DNA from: Azolla caroliniana
Lineage: Eukaryota > Plantae > Polypodiophyta
Direction of reading: 5' to 3'
DNA: 64,000 bases
NCBI GenBank assembly: GCA_043228905.1
Contig: JBHGNT010000004.1
Span: forward strand, 16,802,001 to 16,866,000
The notes under the pieces: model-generated
What the model saw: the letters and a program-made list of their open reading frames with translations, nothing else
Database searches by the model: none
What the model was told of the DNA's origin: nothing
In this document: positions 52,091-62,521 of the stretch, one piece after another
How positions within the stretch are numbered: position 1 is the stretch's first letter
Layout: every line of letters starts with the position of its first letter
Position numbers and translations under genes: made by a program

Positions 52091-55000
52091 AGCGGACTGT
52101 TGCGGAGTGGGGAAGTGATAGTCCGAGAAGCCCTGATACCCCACACAGGAAGAAAACTCTCGGAGCAAAACAAGTACGAATCGGGCCGGATGGGGCATCT
52201 ACGTACACGGTCGTAACCGGAGGAATGAAGAAACAATACCGACAAGTGGAGGATAAGTTACGGTCGGCATCAATAATAAAAGAAGACGAAGAAATCGTGG
52301 GAGTGATCGAGGAAGTGTTCTATGGGAATACACTACAACGGCTTGAAGAGCTTGCGGAAGATAAAAGCCAAGGGAACCGGGTAGTCCCGGTGGAATCGGT
52401 CGAGATGTACGAGATCGTTGCGAAAATGGGGCCGGATGCGCTCCGCAAAGAAGAAGCAATGGTAAGTACGAAATACAAGACCGTGGAGAAGAAGGTAAAA
52501 CCGGCCGCGGGACCACTACCCGCCGATAGCGAACAAAAGAGGAAAGAAGTCTCGGGAGATCCGACACTTCGGAAGACCGTGGATATCGGACATGCCTTCA
52601 CAGATGAGACCCGGAAGAAACTTCGGATCGGTGGAGGTGGGTTCCTCTTACAAGAAGAAGAAAAACGGTTTCGAGAGATGTTGGAGCAACATGGCAAAGC
52701 ATTCGCGTTCACATCGAGGGAGATCGGATGCATTGATCCAAAGATAGTGGAGCCGATGGTGATTTTCACGATTGATCATGTACCGTGGAACCTGAAGCCG
52801 ATTCCGGTGCCACGGGCGCATATTCCGAAAGTCATCGACTTGCTCAAGGAGAAGGTGGCGATGGGGATTCTAGAGCCATCAAGTGCTCCGTACTCAAATC
52901 GATGGTTTACGGTTCCGAAGAAGAATGGGTCACTCCGATTCATCCAAGACTTGCAACCGGTGAACAAGGTCACGATCCGGAACTCGGGAGTCGGTCCGAT
53001 AGTGGACGAATTCGCGGAAGCTTTTGCCGGACGTGCGATATACTCCATCGGGGACCTATACTCGGGGTATGACCAATTCCAACTAGCCGTGGAGAGCCGA
53101 GACATCACTACCATGCGGACACCGATAGGACTAGTTCGAATGTGCACACTACCACAAGGAGCGACAAACTCGGTTGCACATATGATGAACGCGATGAACA
53201 AGGTGCTTCGAGATTGCATCCCGGAGATAACGATGCCGTTTCTAGATGACATTCCGATGAAAGGATGCGCGGTGGAAGAAAAAGATGAGACTATGGATGA
53301 TCGGGGATGCCGAAAGTTCGTGGTCGACCATATTCATGATTGCGAGAAAGTGTTGCGAAAGCTAGAAGATGTGCACCTAACACTTTCCGGGGAGAAATCG
53401 GCATTCGGGCAAGAAGAAATATTGGTGGTCGGACATCTATGTGGACCCTACGGCCGAAGACCGTCACCAACAAAGATCGATGCGATTCAAGCTATGAAGG
53501 AAGTATGTGAGTCAACATCGGAAGTCCGAAGGTTTCTGGGTGCGTGTGCATTCTATCACATATGGATTCCGCACTATGCACATATAGCGGACCCGCTCTA
53601 TCACTTGTTGCGGAAAGGTAAGAAATTCGAGTGGAAACCGGAACACACTAAAGCCATGAGGAAGCTCAAGAAGACACTATGGAGGGCGGAATCACTTAAG
53701 AAGCCAAGCTACGAGCGGCCAATCATAGTAACGGTTGATACAAGTCCAACCGGTATCGGGTGGGTCATCAATCAAGCCGACTCGGATGGTTCGCGGTATC
53801 CGATCCGATTTGGAGCAAAGGTCCTCAACGAAAGGCAACGCGGATATGCACAAGTCAAAAGAGAGTTGTGGGGAGTCGTGTCGGCGATAAAATCGGATCG
53901 GGATTATTTGATCGGAGCTGAAGTGGTGATCGAGACGGATTGTCTTCCGATACTCGGGATGATGCGGTGTTGTACGATACCGGATGTGGCTATGCTAAGG
54001 TGGATTGCATATGTCAAGTCACTTAATCCGGAGGTTCGACACATCTCGGGGAAGGACAACGCGGTAGCGGACATGTTATCGAGGGCGCGGTTTGAAGACG
54101 ACATAACCGAATCAGATAATGAAGAAGTTTCCGAAGACTACTTCACGTCAGAACACATATGCCGAGTGAACGTGATCCGAGAATTCCGGGAAGAAGAATA
54201 CGAGGGGGAAACCTTGATGATCGGGAAGATGCTACAAGAGGTCGAGGATTCATCCAATGATAAAGAAAGGAGAGCCGAGATCCGAAGGAAGAAGAGGCAA
54301 GTCCAAAAGTTCTTCTTGGAAAACGGTTTAATATGGAGGACGCCGAAAAGACCGGATGGGATACCACTTCGAGTAGTCGGGACGAACGAGCAACGAAACC
54401 GGATAATGTCCGAGTTCCACGAATCCGATTGGGCTGGACATCGAGGAACATGGGCAACTTTTGTGAAAATCAAGCAAAGGTATTGGTGGAAGAACATGTA
54501 TAAAGATGTCGCGGAGTTCACAGAAAGCTGCGAGAAATGCCAAGTCTACTCCGGGGTCCGACACCGAGATGAGCTGCATCCAACATTCTCACCGACAATC
54601 AACTTCAAGTGGATGGTCGACATTGTAGCTATGCCAACCGGGATTGGACAAAAGAAATACTTGGTGTTAGCTCGAGAAGATCTCACAAACCAAGTTGAAG
54701 GTCGAGCGCTTCGGAGGAAAACGTGTGCCGCGGTGTGCCAATTTCTTTTGGAAGAAGTGTTTTGTAGGTACGGCTGCGTAGGACAAGTGATTGCGGACCG
54801 GGGAGAACTCGACTCGGACAAAGCTAGGGGATTCTTCGCCAAACATGGAGTTCGGTTAACGTTGACAACGGCCTACAATCCGGAGGCCAACGGGAAGATC
54901 GAACGAGGACATAGTCCGATCGTGAAAGCACTTGCGAAGGCATGCGACGGAAGGGTGAAGGATTGGCCACAAATGCTTCCGTATGCACTATGGGCGGATC

Positions 55001-55692
55001 GGACGACGCATAGCTCCGTGACCGGTTACATGCCGGCAGAACTCATGACCGGACAAGCACCGGTAATGCCAACGGAAACCGCAATCGCGACATGGACAAT
55101 ACTACCGTGGAAGGAAGAGATGAGCCGGGAAGAACTACTAGCGGTCCGGATACGACAACTGGAGGGAAGACCGAAAGATGTAGCGGAAGCGTCACGCCGA
55201 CAACAAGAAGCACGGTTCCGGAACAAAAGCCGGTTCGACACAAAGCACCGACTACGACCGAGGAGGATTGAAGAAGGAGATTGGGTGATCGTCTATGATA
55301 GTAGCTTGGACCATCAACATACAACGATGCGGAAATTCGCGAAAAGGTGGTTCGGGCCGTACGAGGTTCGGAAGGTCTTCGACAACGGGACGTACCGACT
55401 GTCCGAGTTGGATGGAACAATACTACGAGTGCCTATAGCCGGGAAGCGGGTGAAGATTTTCAAGAAGCGGACCGACGACAAACCTTATGTGATCCAAGTC
55501 GAGGTCGACAACGAGGAGCAATCGGACGAAGACCACAATGATGCGGGAAGCGAAGAAAGTGGATTACAACTCATAGTCGACATAAGGGGAGATTCGGAGG
55601 AAGCTTCGGATGAAGACGGATACGAAGAATCAAGAACTTCGGCACATACCGGAGGATGTGCGGGTTTGGAGGGGGCGAGTGTCGTAGTGTAG
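52081..55692 (+). CDS. pol: Pol (RT-RNase H-integrase) of G, in the -1 frame
   Basis: Open frame from 52081. Motifs DLYSGYDQFQL, LPQGATNS, FLDD, VDTS, an HHCC region, WMVDIV, YNPEANGKIER and WFGPY; no chromodomain. Confidence 0.92.
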   Translation, partial: GFLKRTVAEWGSDSPRSPDTPHRKKTLGAKQVRIGPDGASTYTVVTGGMKKQYRQVEDKLRSASIIKEDEEIVGVIEEVFYGNTLQRLEELAEDKSQGNRVVPVESVEMYEIVAKMGPDALRKEEAMVSTKYKTVEKKVKPAAGPLPADSEQKRKEVSGDPTLRKTVDIGHAFTDETRKKLRIGGGGFLLQEEEKRFREMLEQHGKAFAFTSREIGCIDPKIVEPMVIFTIDHVPWNLKPIPVPRAHIPKVIDLLKEKVAMGILEPSSAPYSNRWFTVPKKNGSLRFIQDLQPVNKVTIRNSGVGPIVDEFAEAFAGRAIYSIGDLYSGYDQFQLAVESRDITTMRTPIGLVRMCTLPQGATNSVAHMMNAMNKVLRDCIPEITMPFLDDIPMKGCAVEEKDETMDDRGCRKFVVDHIHDCEKVLRKLEDVHLTLSGEKSAFGQEEILVVGHLCGPYGRRPSPTKIDAIQAMKEVCESTSEVRRFLGACAFYHIWIPHYAHIADPLYHLLRKGKKFEWKPEHTKAMRKLKKTLWRAESLKKPSYERPIIVTVDTSPTGIGWVINQADSDGSRYPIRFGAKVLNERQRGYAQVKRELWGVVSAIKSDRDYLIGAEVVIETDCLPILGMMRCCTIPDVAMLRWIAYVKSLNPEVRHISGKDNAVADMLSRARFEDDITESDNEEVSEDYFTSEHICRVNVIREFREEEYEGETLMIGKMLQEVEDSSNDKERRAEIRRKKRQVQKFFLENGLIWRTPKRPDGIPLRVVGTNEQRNRIMSEFHESDWAGHRGTWATFVKIKQRYWWKNMYKDVAEFTESCEKCQVYSGVRHRDELHPTFSPTINFKWMVDIVAMPTGIGQKKYLVLAREDLTNQVEGRALRRKTCAAVCQFLLEEVFCRYGCVGQVIADRGELDSDKARGFFAKHGVRLTLTTAYNPEANGKIERGHSPIVKALAKACDGRVKDWPQMLPYALWADRTTHSSVTGYMPAELMTGQAPVMPTETAIATWTILPWKEEMSREELLAVRIRQLEGRPKDVAEASRRQQEARFRNKSRFDTKHRLRPRRIEEGDWVIVYDSSLDHQHTTMRKFAKRWFGPYEVRKVFDNGTYRLSELDGTILRVPIAGKRVKIFKKRTDDKPYVIQVEVDNEEQSDEDHNDAGSEESGLQLIVDIRGDSEEASDEDGYEESRTSAHTGGCAGLEGASVVV

Positions 55693-57110
55693 GTTGCACA
55701 CTATGTGGAAATTATATTTTTGTCCCTCCGGATAGAGAATGGAGTGCTCGGTGAGAACCGGAAGAAAACGGCATACCGGCAAGAAGGAAGAAAACGGCAT
55801 ACCGGCAAGGAGGGAAAACGGCATACCGGCAAGAAGGAGGGAAAACGGCATACCGGCAAGGAGGAAAAACGGCATACCGGCAAGGAAGAAAACGGCATAC
55901 CGGCAAGGAAGAGCCGGATAAAGAGACATAAATGTAAAAAGAAAGGAAATACTCACTACTGCGCAGGGCGTGATTCGAACTCTGCACCTCCACGTTGACA
56001 AACCCCAACCTTACCATTACATTAACTTATCTTAAGTGTTTTAAATATAGATTTAATACGTATAAGACCTTTATTTATGCATACCTTTATTAAAAGGTAA
56101 ATCGTGTATTTTTTTAATATATGAAAAAGAAAAACGCGAGACACTAAAAATAACTCATGCACATCTAGCGTGCATGAGCCCTATACTTAGGAAATAAAAA
56201 AGCATCACATGCACATTTTAGTGGACATGAACACTAAAAAAAAAGCATGAAGCCATGCTTAGCTCTTCCTTCCTTATATAAGGAGGAGAGAAATATGTAA
56301 AGGGTTGTTGATTATTTGGATTAAGTATTAATTAATACAAAAATTATTCGTGGGATTCACGATTTATACGTCTACTTCTCTCTTAACACCCTAAGTACCA
56401 ATTAATATAGTATACTCGTGTGATTCACGAGTTTCTTATCTTTCTCTTCGTTATTTATTCATAATTAATCTCTATCTCACGAACTTCTTTCTCCTAGTCC
56501 AAGACCTCTGTGGTTCCCACCCGACTCACGCAACGATCCGGAGCCGAAAGGCACGACAACGCCTCTTTGGGCATCTTGGCGTCTCGAATGTGGCTAAGCA
56601 TGCGATCGTGGACACATGTTGCCAAGCAATACATGACTCGACTAGCCGCTTGCTCCCATGTTGCGTAGTCGGCGTTATTTGAGTCGGGTCAATTTTCTTG
56701 AGCGTCGTTGATGTAGCTCCAATACCCTTGGCCGACGAAGTATTGGGTCATCTTGTACTCCCAAGATGAATAATTGCTCCGGTCTAGGTTTTCACTAGGG
56801 AGCGAGCTACCCATTTGTGTATTCATGTTGATTGTAATGTCTTCTCTTCTTTTGCTTTTCTTCCTTCGATCACGTACACGTGCTACGTAGCGGCACTACG
56901 GTAGCCGATAGCCGGATTTTGTCGTCGGCATCTCGAACACACAATCACGGAGTCGGGTGGGCTTAGTGGATTTTCTAAACCACACGCTCTGATACCATGT
57001 TAAGAATTAGGAGATTAATTAAGCAAGGGTTAATTAGTACCTAATTATGTGATTAGTTTATAAGCGGAAGATTAAGTGATATATGTGTGTATGTGTGTGA
57101 GAGGAAGAGA

Positions 57111-58278
57111 GAAAGAGAGAAAGAAAGAAAGAAAGATATATTAACATCTTCTAAGGCCAAATTTGGCCCATGAGACAATTGGTTTACAACAAAATGAGTA
57201 TTTATCCAGTCATCATAACTAAAATAAAATAAAGTAAACATAGAACTTAAGCTAAAAGAGTTCTAGTAGTGTACAATATGTGGTATACTCTATAAAGGAA
57301 GTGACTTACACTAATCCTAATTTTATTTCCACCCAAGCCTCTCGAAAAGAAGTGGGGGGTCAAAGGGTTTTGAGGTGGGTGTGACCCGTGGTTCCAATGT
57401 AGAGAGTGCCCTAGCCATGGCTTCTAGGCGGTGTAGCTCACGTTCCCTTATTTTCATTATTGCTTCCACACCACGTCAAGTTGCTTTGAAACCCGACACC
57501 CGAGGATGTCTAGTTCTTCTTTGGTTTTTTGCCTCATCAAGGGAAAGGCCGAGTGGTGCAAGTGTGTCGACATTTGTTGGCTCCCCATGTTCCTAAAAAA
57601 CTCCATTTGTTACATGTTGGTGAACATTAGCAACATTATTGTCAACATTTTGTAACTTATTCTCTCTGTGTTGTTTTAGCTCTAGAATGTATTTGCCTAA
57701 TTTCTTTATATCTAGAGTATCTAATAGTTTGGGGAGGGTGGGAGAGGAACCAAGTATGTCTTGGTATTTTGCCCTTATCTCGGCGTAGATTGGGCACTTG
57801 CATGTAAAGTGATACTCATCCTCTATCTCTATGTGACATAACCTACATATCCTTTCCTCCCTAGGGACTCCATTAGTACGACCATTCTCAATCTCAAGTT
57901 GGTGAGATGATATTCTAAGTTGTCCAATGGCAACCCTTAGTGCATGTGGTAAGAATACATCTAGATATTTTGGCCGCGTGATAAAACCTAACTTAGAGAA
58001 GTGCATGAAGTGTTCCTTATAGTACAACATTTTAGATGGGAGTGGCTCTCGTGGGGTGATCCGTTTATACCGAGTGTAAATTTGCCATATGTCTTGGCGT
58101 ATTACTTTATTGCGGTCCTCGTGAGAGATTGAAGTGTTATCAATCGTGTGGTTATACCTAAGGGGAGGTAGGTTATTAATGTCTAGACCATTCACAAGAA
58201 GCCAACTCACCATCATGCCATACCATGAGCTAGTATAGTCGGACTCATACAATGATCGAGAGGCCTTAAAGGTTTGAT
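57111..58278 (-). mobile_element. 5'-truncated LINE inserted in the (GA)n tract of the 5' LTR of B
   Basis: Absent from the other LTR of B. The ORF has LRISSHQLEIENGR..CRLC..EDEYHFTCKC, followed by a 3' stem-loop and a (TTTC)n/TC tail. Confidence 0.85.
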
Positions 58279-60199
58279 GAGAGAGAGAGAGAGACAACAC
58301 AAGATGGGGGATGAGTAAGTATATTAAATTAGCATTATCATCATCATCATACAAAAATACCCACAATGAGGTATATATACATCTCATGTGCAAAGGTGCA
58401 CATGTGTGAGTAGAATATATGTACTACTGTGTAAGTCCTATATTAAATGTACTTAGGAGTGGAGGATCTAGAATATCCCACTTAAGTACAAGGTCCTATT
58501 TAAGGCGTTATGGTCAACACTTTTGACTAGATTCTATCTAGGTAACTACGAAGTTACATTGTTGACTAACTAACTAAACTAAATTGAGCTTGATCTCTCA
58601 ACAGATGGAAATGATGTAGGATGTACTCATCATCCGATGACAAGTTGAAGCTATTGGGCACACTACCAAGCCAGATTCAATGTTTGCAGAAGAATGACGA
58701 TCTGTGGACGAAATAGCTAAGGTGTTGAAGCGCTTCAACATGGAGAATGCGAACCCAACATCAACTCCACTATCGACGTTGATTTGACTATTGGACAAAG
58801 AATCTCCTTCAATGGATGAGGAAAGAGAGCTCAATAGGAAGATGCGTTATGCGTCGGCCGTAGGAAGTATCATGTATACGATGGTGGCGACCCGACTTGA
58901 CCTTGCCTATGCCGTAGGAGTCATCAACGACTACATGTCAAACCCAAGATAGAAGCATTGGGAGGCCGTCAAGCACATCTTCAAGTATCTAAGAGGAACC
59001 AAAGATGTACAGCAGACGTTCGGATCGACAAAACCGACCGAAGTTGAAGGTTATACCGACTCCGACTATGCCAGAAATACGGACAATTGGAAGTCAACAT
59101 TAGGCTATGTCTTCACCTATGGCGGTGGCACCATATCATGGAGGTCGAAGCTGCAAGAGTGCACGACATTGTCTACCACCGAGGCCGAGTACATAGATGC
59201 ATCAGAGGCAGCGTAGGAAGCAATCTGGCTGCCTTGACTGTCAACCGACTTCTCAGCAACAAGTCGAATCAACCACCCACCATCGATCATCTATTATGAC
59301 TCATAGAGCGCAGTACACCTCATTTGGAACCTAGTCTATCACGCGAAGATGAAACACATTGAGGTGCGGTTTCATCATATCCGGAAACTCGTAATAGAGA
59401 AGAAGCTCGAAGTCCAGAAGATTGACACCGAGGTGAACATCGTCGATTGCCTGACGAAGCCACTCCTAGAACAAATCTTCGGAACACTAAGGATGAAGAT
59501 GGGACTACGACAAACGACATAGCAAAAGAGTGCCAAACAAGGATCATAAGGTAAGTCGAAGACCAACCTGATCAAACGAGCCGACAAGGCAAAGTCAAAA
59601 GAATCAGAATACCAAGAAGCTGAAGACGCAACATTGAGCGAGGACACCGACTGGAAAGGAAATGATCGAGAGGCGAATGAACTCTGATACAAATCGAGGA
59701 TCCAGCGAGGAGCACAGGAGCAGAAACGAGTGGGACGGCAAACAGTCAACACAAGGCCGAAATCGAGAATCGAACATAAGCCGACTCCGACAAACGAGCC
59801 AATTCGAACGAAAAACGCTTTGAACAAGTCAATTCGACCGACTCAAATCAGTCGAACCTTGAGACTAGCCGAACTATGCTAGACATCGACTTCACCTTTG
59901 CCGAGTCGGCTATATGCCGACTGACTTGTAACATAAATTTAGATTAATTTTGTAATCTAGGTTTATGGGGGAGATAACCCCAAATCACTTGTATACATAG
60001 GAAAGAGTAGTCCTTTTACGAGGGAGTTTGTTGGCATAAAAGGCCGACTCCTTCCACTTTGTATCCTAAGTGTGAACGCGTCCTTGAGCTAGCACTTGAG
60101 TATGTAAGCTCAACCCTAACATTGTAACAAATACCTTATTCTTGTATCTTGAGTCTCAAAGGGTGTAAGAGTTACAAAATAATGACAACTTCCATTAGA

Positions 60200-60712
60200 G
60201 CTCTAATACCATGTAAAAAGTTACGTGCCGAAGCGTGAAAGACAAACACAACCGGTTGAGCCAAACAACACAATACATGAGACAGTTAGGAAAACACAAA
60301 GGTTGGAAATAGAGACAAAGTACATAGAGAGAGATTGAGTAAGCAGACAACAACAACTTCTATTCAAAACAATAATTCTCAATACTTACAATGTGCTCAC
60401 AAAGCACTTTATATACAAGCCTTTGACAATAGGCTGATACAAGTACTGGCACAAGTACTAAATGCTCACTTATGAGCTCTGACAACTAATTAGCCTATAA
60501 TATTCCTATTACTAAAATAGGAATATAGGTCCTAATAGCCATACGACCATGTCAGACTATGGTCGTACGACCCAGTTGTCTTGTCGGCCCTTATGGCCCA
60601 CAGTCAGATCGTCTTCAGTCGGATGATTGTTGAGAGACATATGTCATCACTATGTTGATCATTACCATTTATAGATCATGCGGCCCAAATGCGAATGCAT
60701 GATGCCACAACA
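60200..60712 (-). mobile_element. Orphan 5' LTR plus PBS of another LTR element (X)
   Basis: GCTCTAATACCA (reverse complement of an iMet-like PBS) at 60200-60211 abuts TGT...ACA at 60212-60712. The right end is tentative. Confidence 0.55.
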
Positions 60713-62160
60713 AATATAGAACTAGAGTCGGCACAAGAAACAGAAGTCGAGATGAATGTAGAAGTTGATGAAAGGGAACAAATGAAGTTAGAAGCACATT
60801 AAACTATAGAAGCACTTCAACTGCTCGAGCAAGGATCAAGAGCAATGAACTAGGCAGTTGTTGAGTGTTGCGGCAACTCATGGCAAATTTGTGAAAAGAG
60901 TTGCTCTAATCTATGGGCGCATCGACAACAACCAATATGGCATCCGGAGGTTCAATAAGTTAGAAGCAACAAATTGGTGTGAAAAGACGAGCCACATCCA
61001 ACATTTTGCAAGAACTTATTGGCAGCTCCCCAAACATGACCAAAACACACAACGGAACACTGCAAAGAGGTGCTCGTTGTGCTAAGAGGCAATTGCCAAT
61101 ATCTGAGATAGAGAAGGTCTAGTGTTTGCATTGTGATGGCTTTACACTAACTTCAAGAGACTCTAATGCAAATTATTGCAAAAACTATGGGGTGTATCTT
61201 GCCCTCCTCTGAACAAGAGCCATGATCTCCGAGTTCTTGTTTACATTAGATCTTGTGAATTTTTATGTTTGTAGTGTTTGTAGTTGGTATGTGTACAACT
61301 CTGAGATTTTGATCTTTGAACACGTATGGCCTAATTGGTGGCTAAAATTGTTGACAATTTGTTTACATTCAATGTTGGACCAAGGTTTTGGTGAGTTTTT
61401 ATATGGAAAACTCAGAAATTTTGTTTTTCGAAAATGTTTTTGATATTTGTGGGTAATCTTAGAATTGTTTTTAGAAAATAGTCTTTTCAACCAAATTAGC
61501 TGGGTTAGGTGAAGTAGTCGGATTGTAAATTCGGTCCCGGTTCAGAGAAAAAGCATTCGGTTTAGAACTTGAAGAGAGAAGGTTAGGCGTGATAGAGGCT
61601 CGTTAGAGCCGAGTTGGTTTTTAGGCGTGCGCTTTTTGTGAATAGAGAGATTTGGAAACGTGTCCTGCAGTGTCGATGACCGTGATGTCCTCACCAAGCG
61701 TCTTTATTATTTGGTAGCAAATAGAAACACAAACAAAAATCCCCACGTTGATTATTGGTCAAATACCAACATTAAAAAGATCTATTGATAGAAATATTTG
61801 TCCATTCTTTTGTCTTTGTCTTTTCCATTTTCCCTCGAATCCTCCAAAGTGTCTTCTTAAAACCTTGTGATGATCAACCCACCGAATTTGCGTCTAGCTT
61901 CAAACCAATATGTATGTTAGAGACGTAAATTTATCCTCGTCAACTCTTGACCCCTTGATGGTATAATTCTATGGATCATTGGTATTAAGAATCTTTTCAC
62001 CGCCATTGAAGGAGTCTATCGAAAGATAGAGTAACATCAAAATATGTGATTCTAACGAGATTGACGAGCCTATGGATTTTATTTATTTATCAACAATCAA
62101 AGATGTAGACTCAAAGAGTAAACCATTTTTTTGTCCCTTGAGAGAATCCTTGTGTTGAGG

Positions 62161-62212
62161 AAGGATACATACATACATACATACATACATACATTATTAC
62201 ATACATACATGT
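62161..62212. repeat. (ATAC)n microsatellite
   Basis: Seen directly. Confidence 0.9.
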
Positions 62213-62521
62213 GCTGCCTTAGTTTAAAATTGAACACCAAGGAAATTGGATAAGCGATTTAAAAGCCTCGATGTGCATACGTACATATACTGTATACATA
62301 CATACATACATGCATGCAATTTGATTGACGGACGAAAGGAATCCGGCCGCAAAACATCGCCGTCAAACCTAACGCCGTCAAACCTAACGCCGTCAAATTT
62401 GTACTGTCCTTCTGCACACACATGGCACCCTTAGCCCTCTCTGCTCTGCTCTGCTCTCCAGTTTCTCTCTGCCTATAATACACATGTTGAATCGAAGGAA
62501 GTTGTCAGCGAAAGGAAGAGA

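Larger units (their letters stand above)
49134..56558 (+). mobile_element. Intact, very young Ty3/gypsy element G (Trp PBS family), inserted in the gag of B
   Basis: 879-bp LTRs 49134-50012 and 55680-56558, with one mismatch seen (49894 A vs 56440 C). PBS TGGTGAACCCGACGTGA 50017-50033, perfect 4-bp TSD ACGC. Confidence 0.96.
22841..58603 (-). mobile_element. Ty1/copia element B (gag-PR-IN, lacks RT/RNase H)
   Basis: LTRs 22841-23284 and 56998-58603 (the latter carries a LINE insertion). PBS-iMet 56986-56997, PPT 23285-23296, TSD GAAGG/GATGG. Gag starts at 56814; zinc knuckle CNYCGKIGH, LWHKRIGH..CEAC and integrase DVWGP|AQ..FIDDYSR..PQQNGVAERKNR are present. Confidence 0.9.
22382..60208 (+). 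mobile_element. Ty1/copia element A (internally deleted, outermost LTR element of the nest)
   Basis: 5' LTR 22382-22653 (TGTTGG..CCAACA), PBS TGGAATCAGAGC 22656-22667. Gag KFNGKNFALWK is split by element B and resumes EMM*DVLIIR at ~58609. RT end/RNase H remnant at 58722-59520, then PPT and a truncated 3' LTR at 60029-~60208. Confidence 0.85.
20337..61728. mobile_element. Putative long-TIR DNA transposon (unclassified) enclosing the whole retrotransposon nest
   Basis: 20337-~20505 (GTTTCTATTTGCTACCAAATAATAAAGAGGCTTGGTGA...) is the reverse complement of ~61575-61728, with the first 38 nt matching at 37 positions. There are subterminal CCTAACC repeats and degenerate ORF fragments at 21130-22210 and 60720-61150. 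No TSD was recognised. Confidence 0.55.

Noticed and set aside
57593-58393. 266-aa ORF as a host gene
   Set aside because: It is chimeric: the N-terminus is read through LTR and microsatellite sequence (same text as ORF 22877-23074) and the rest is a LINE C-terminus.
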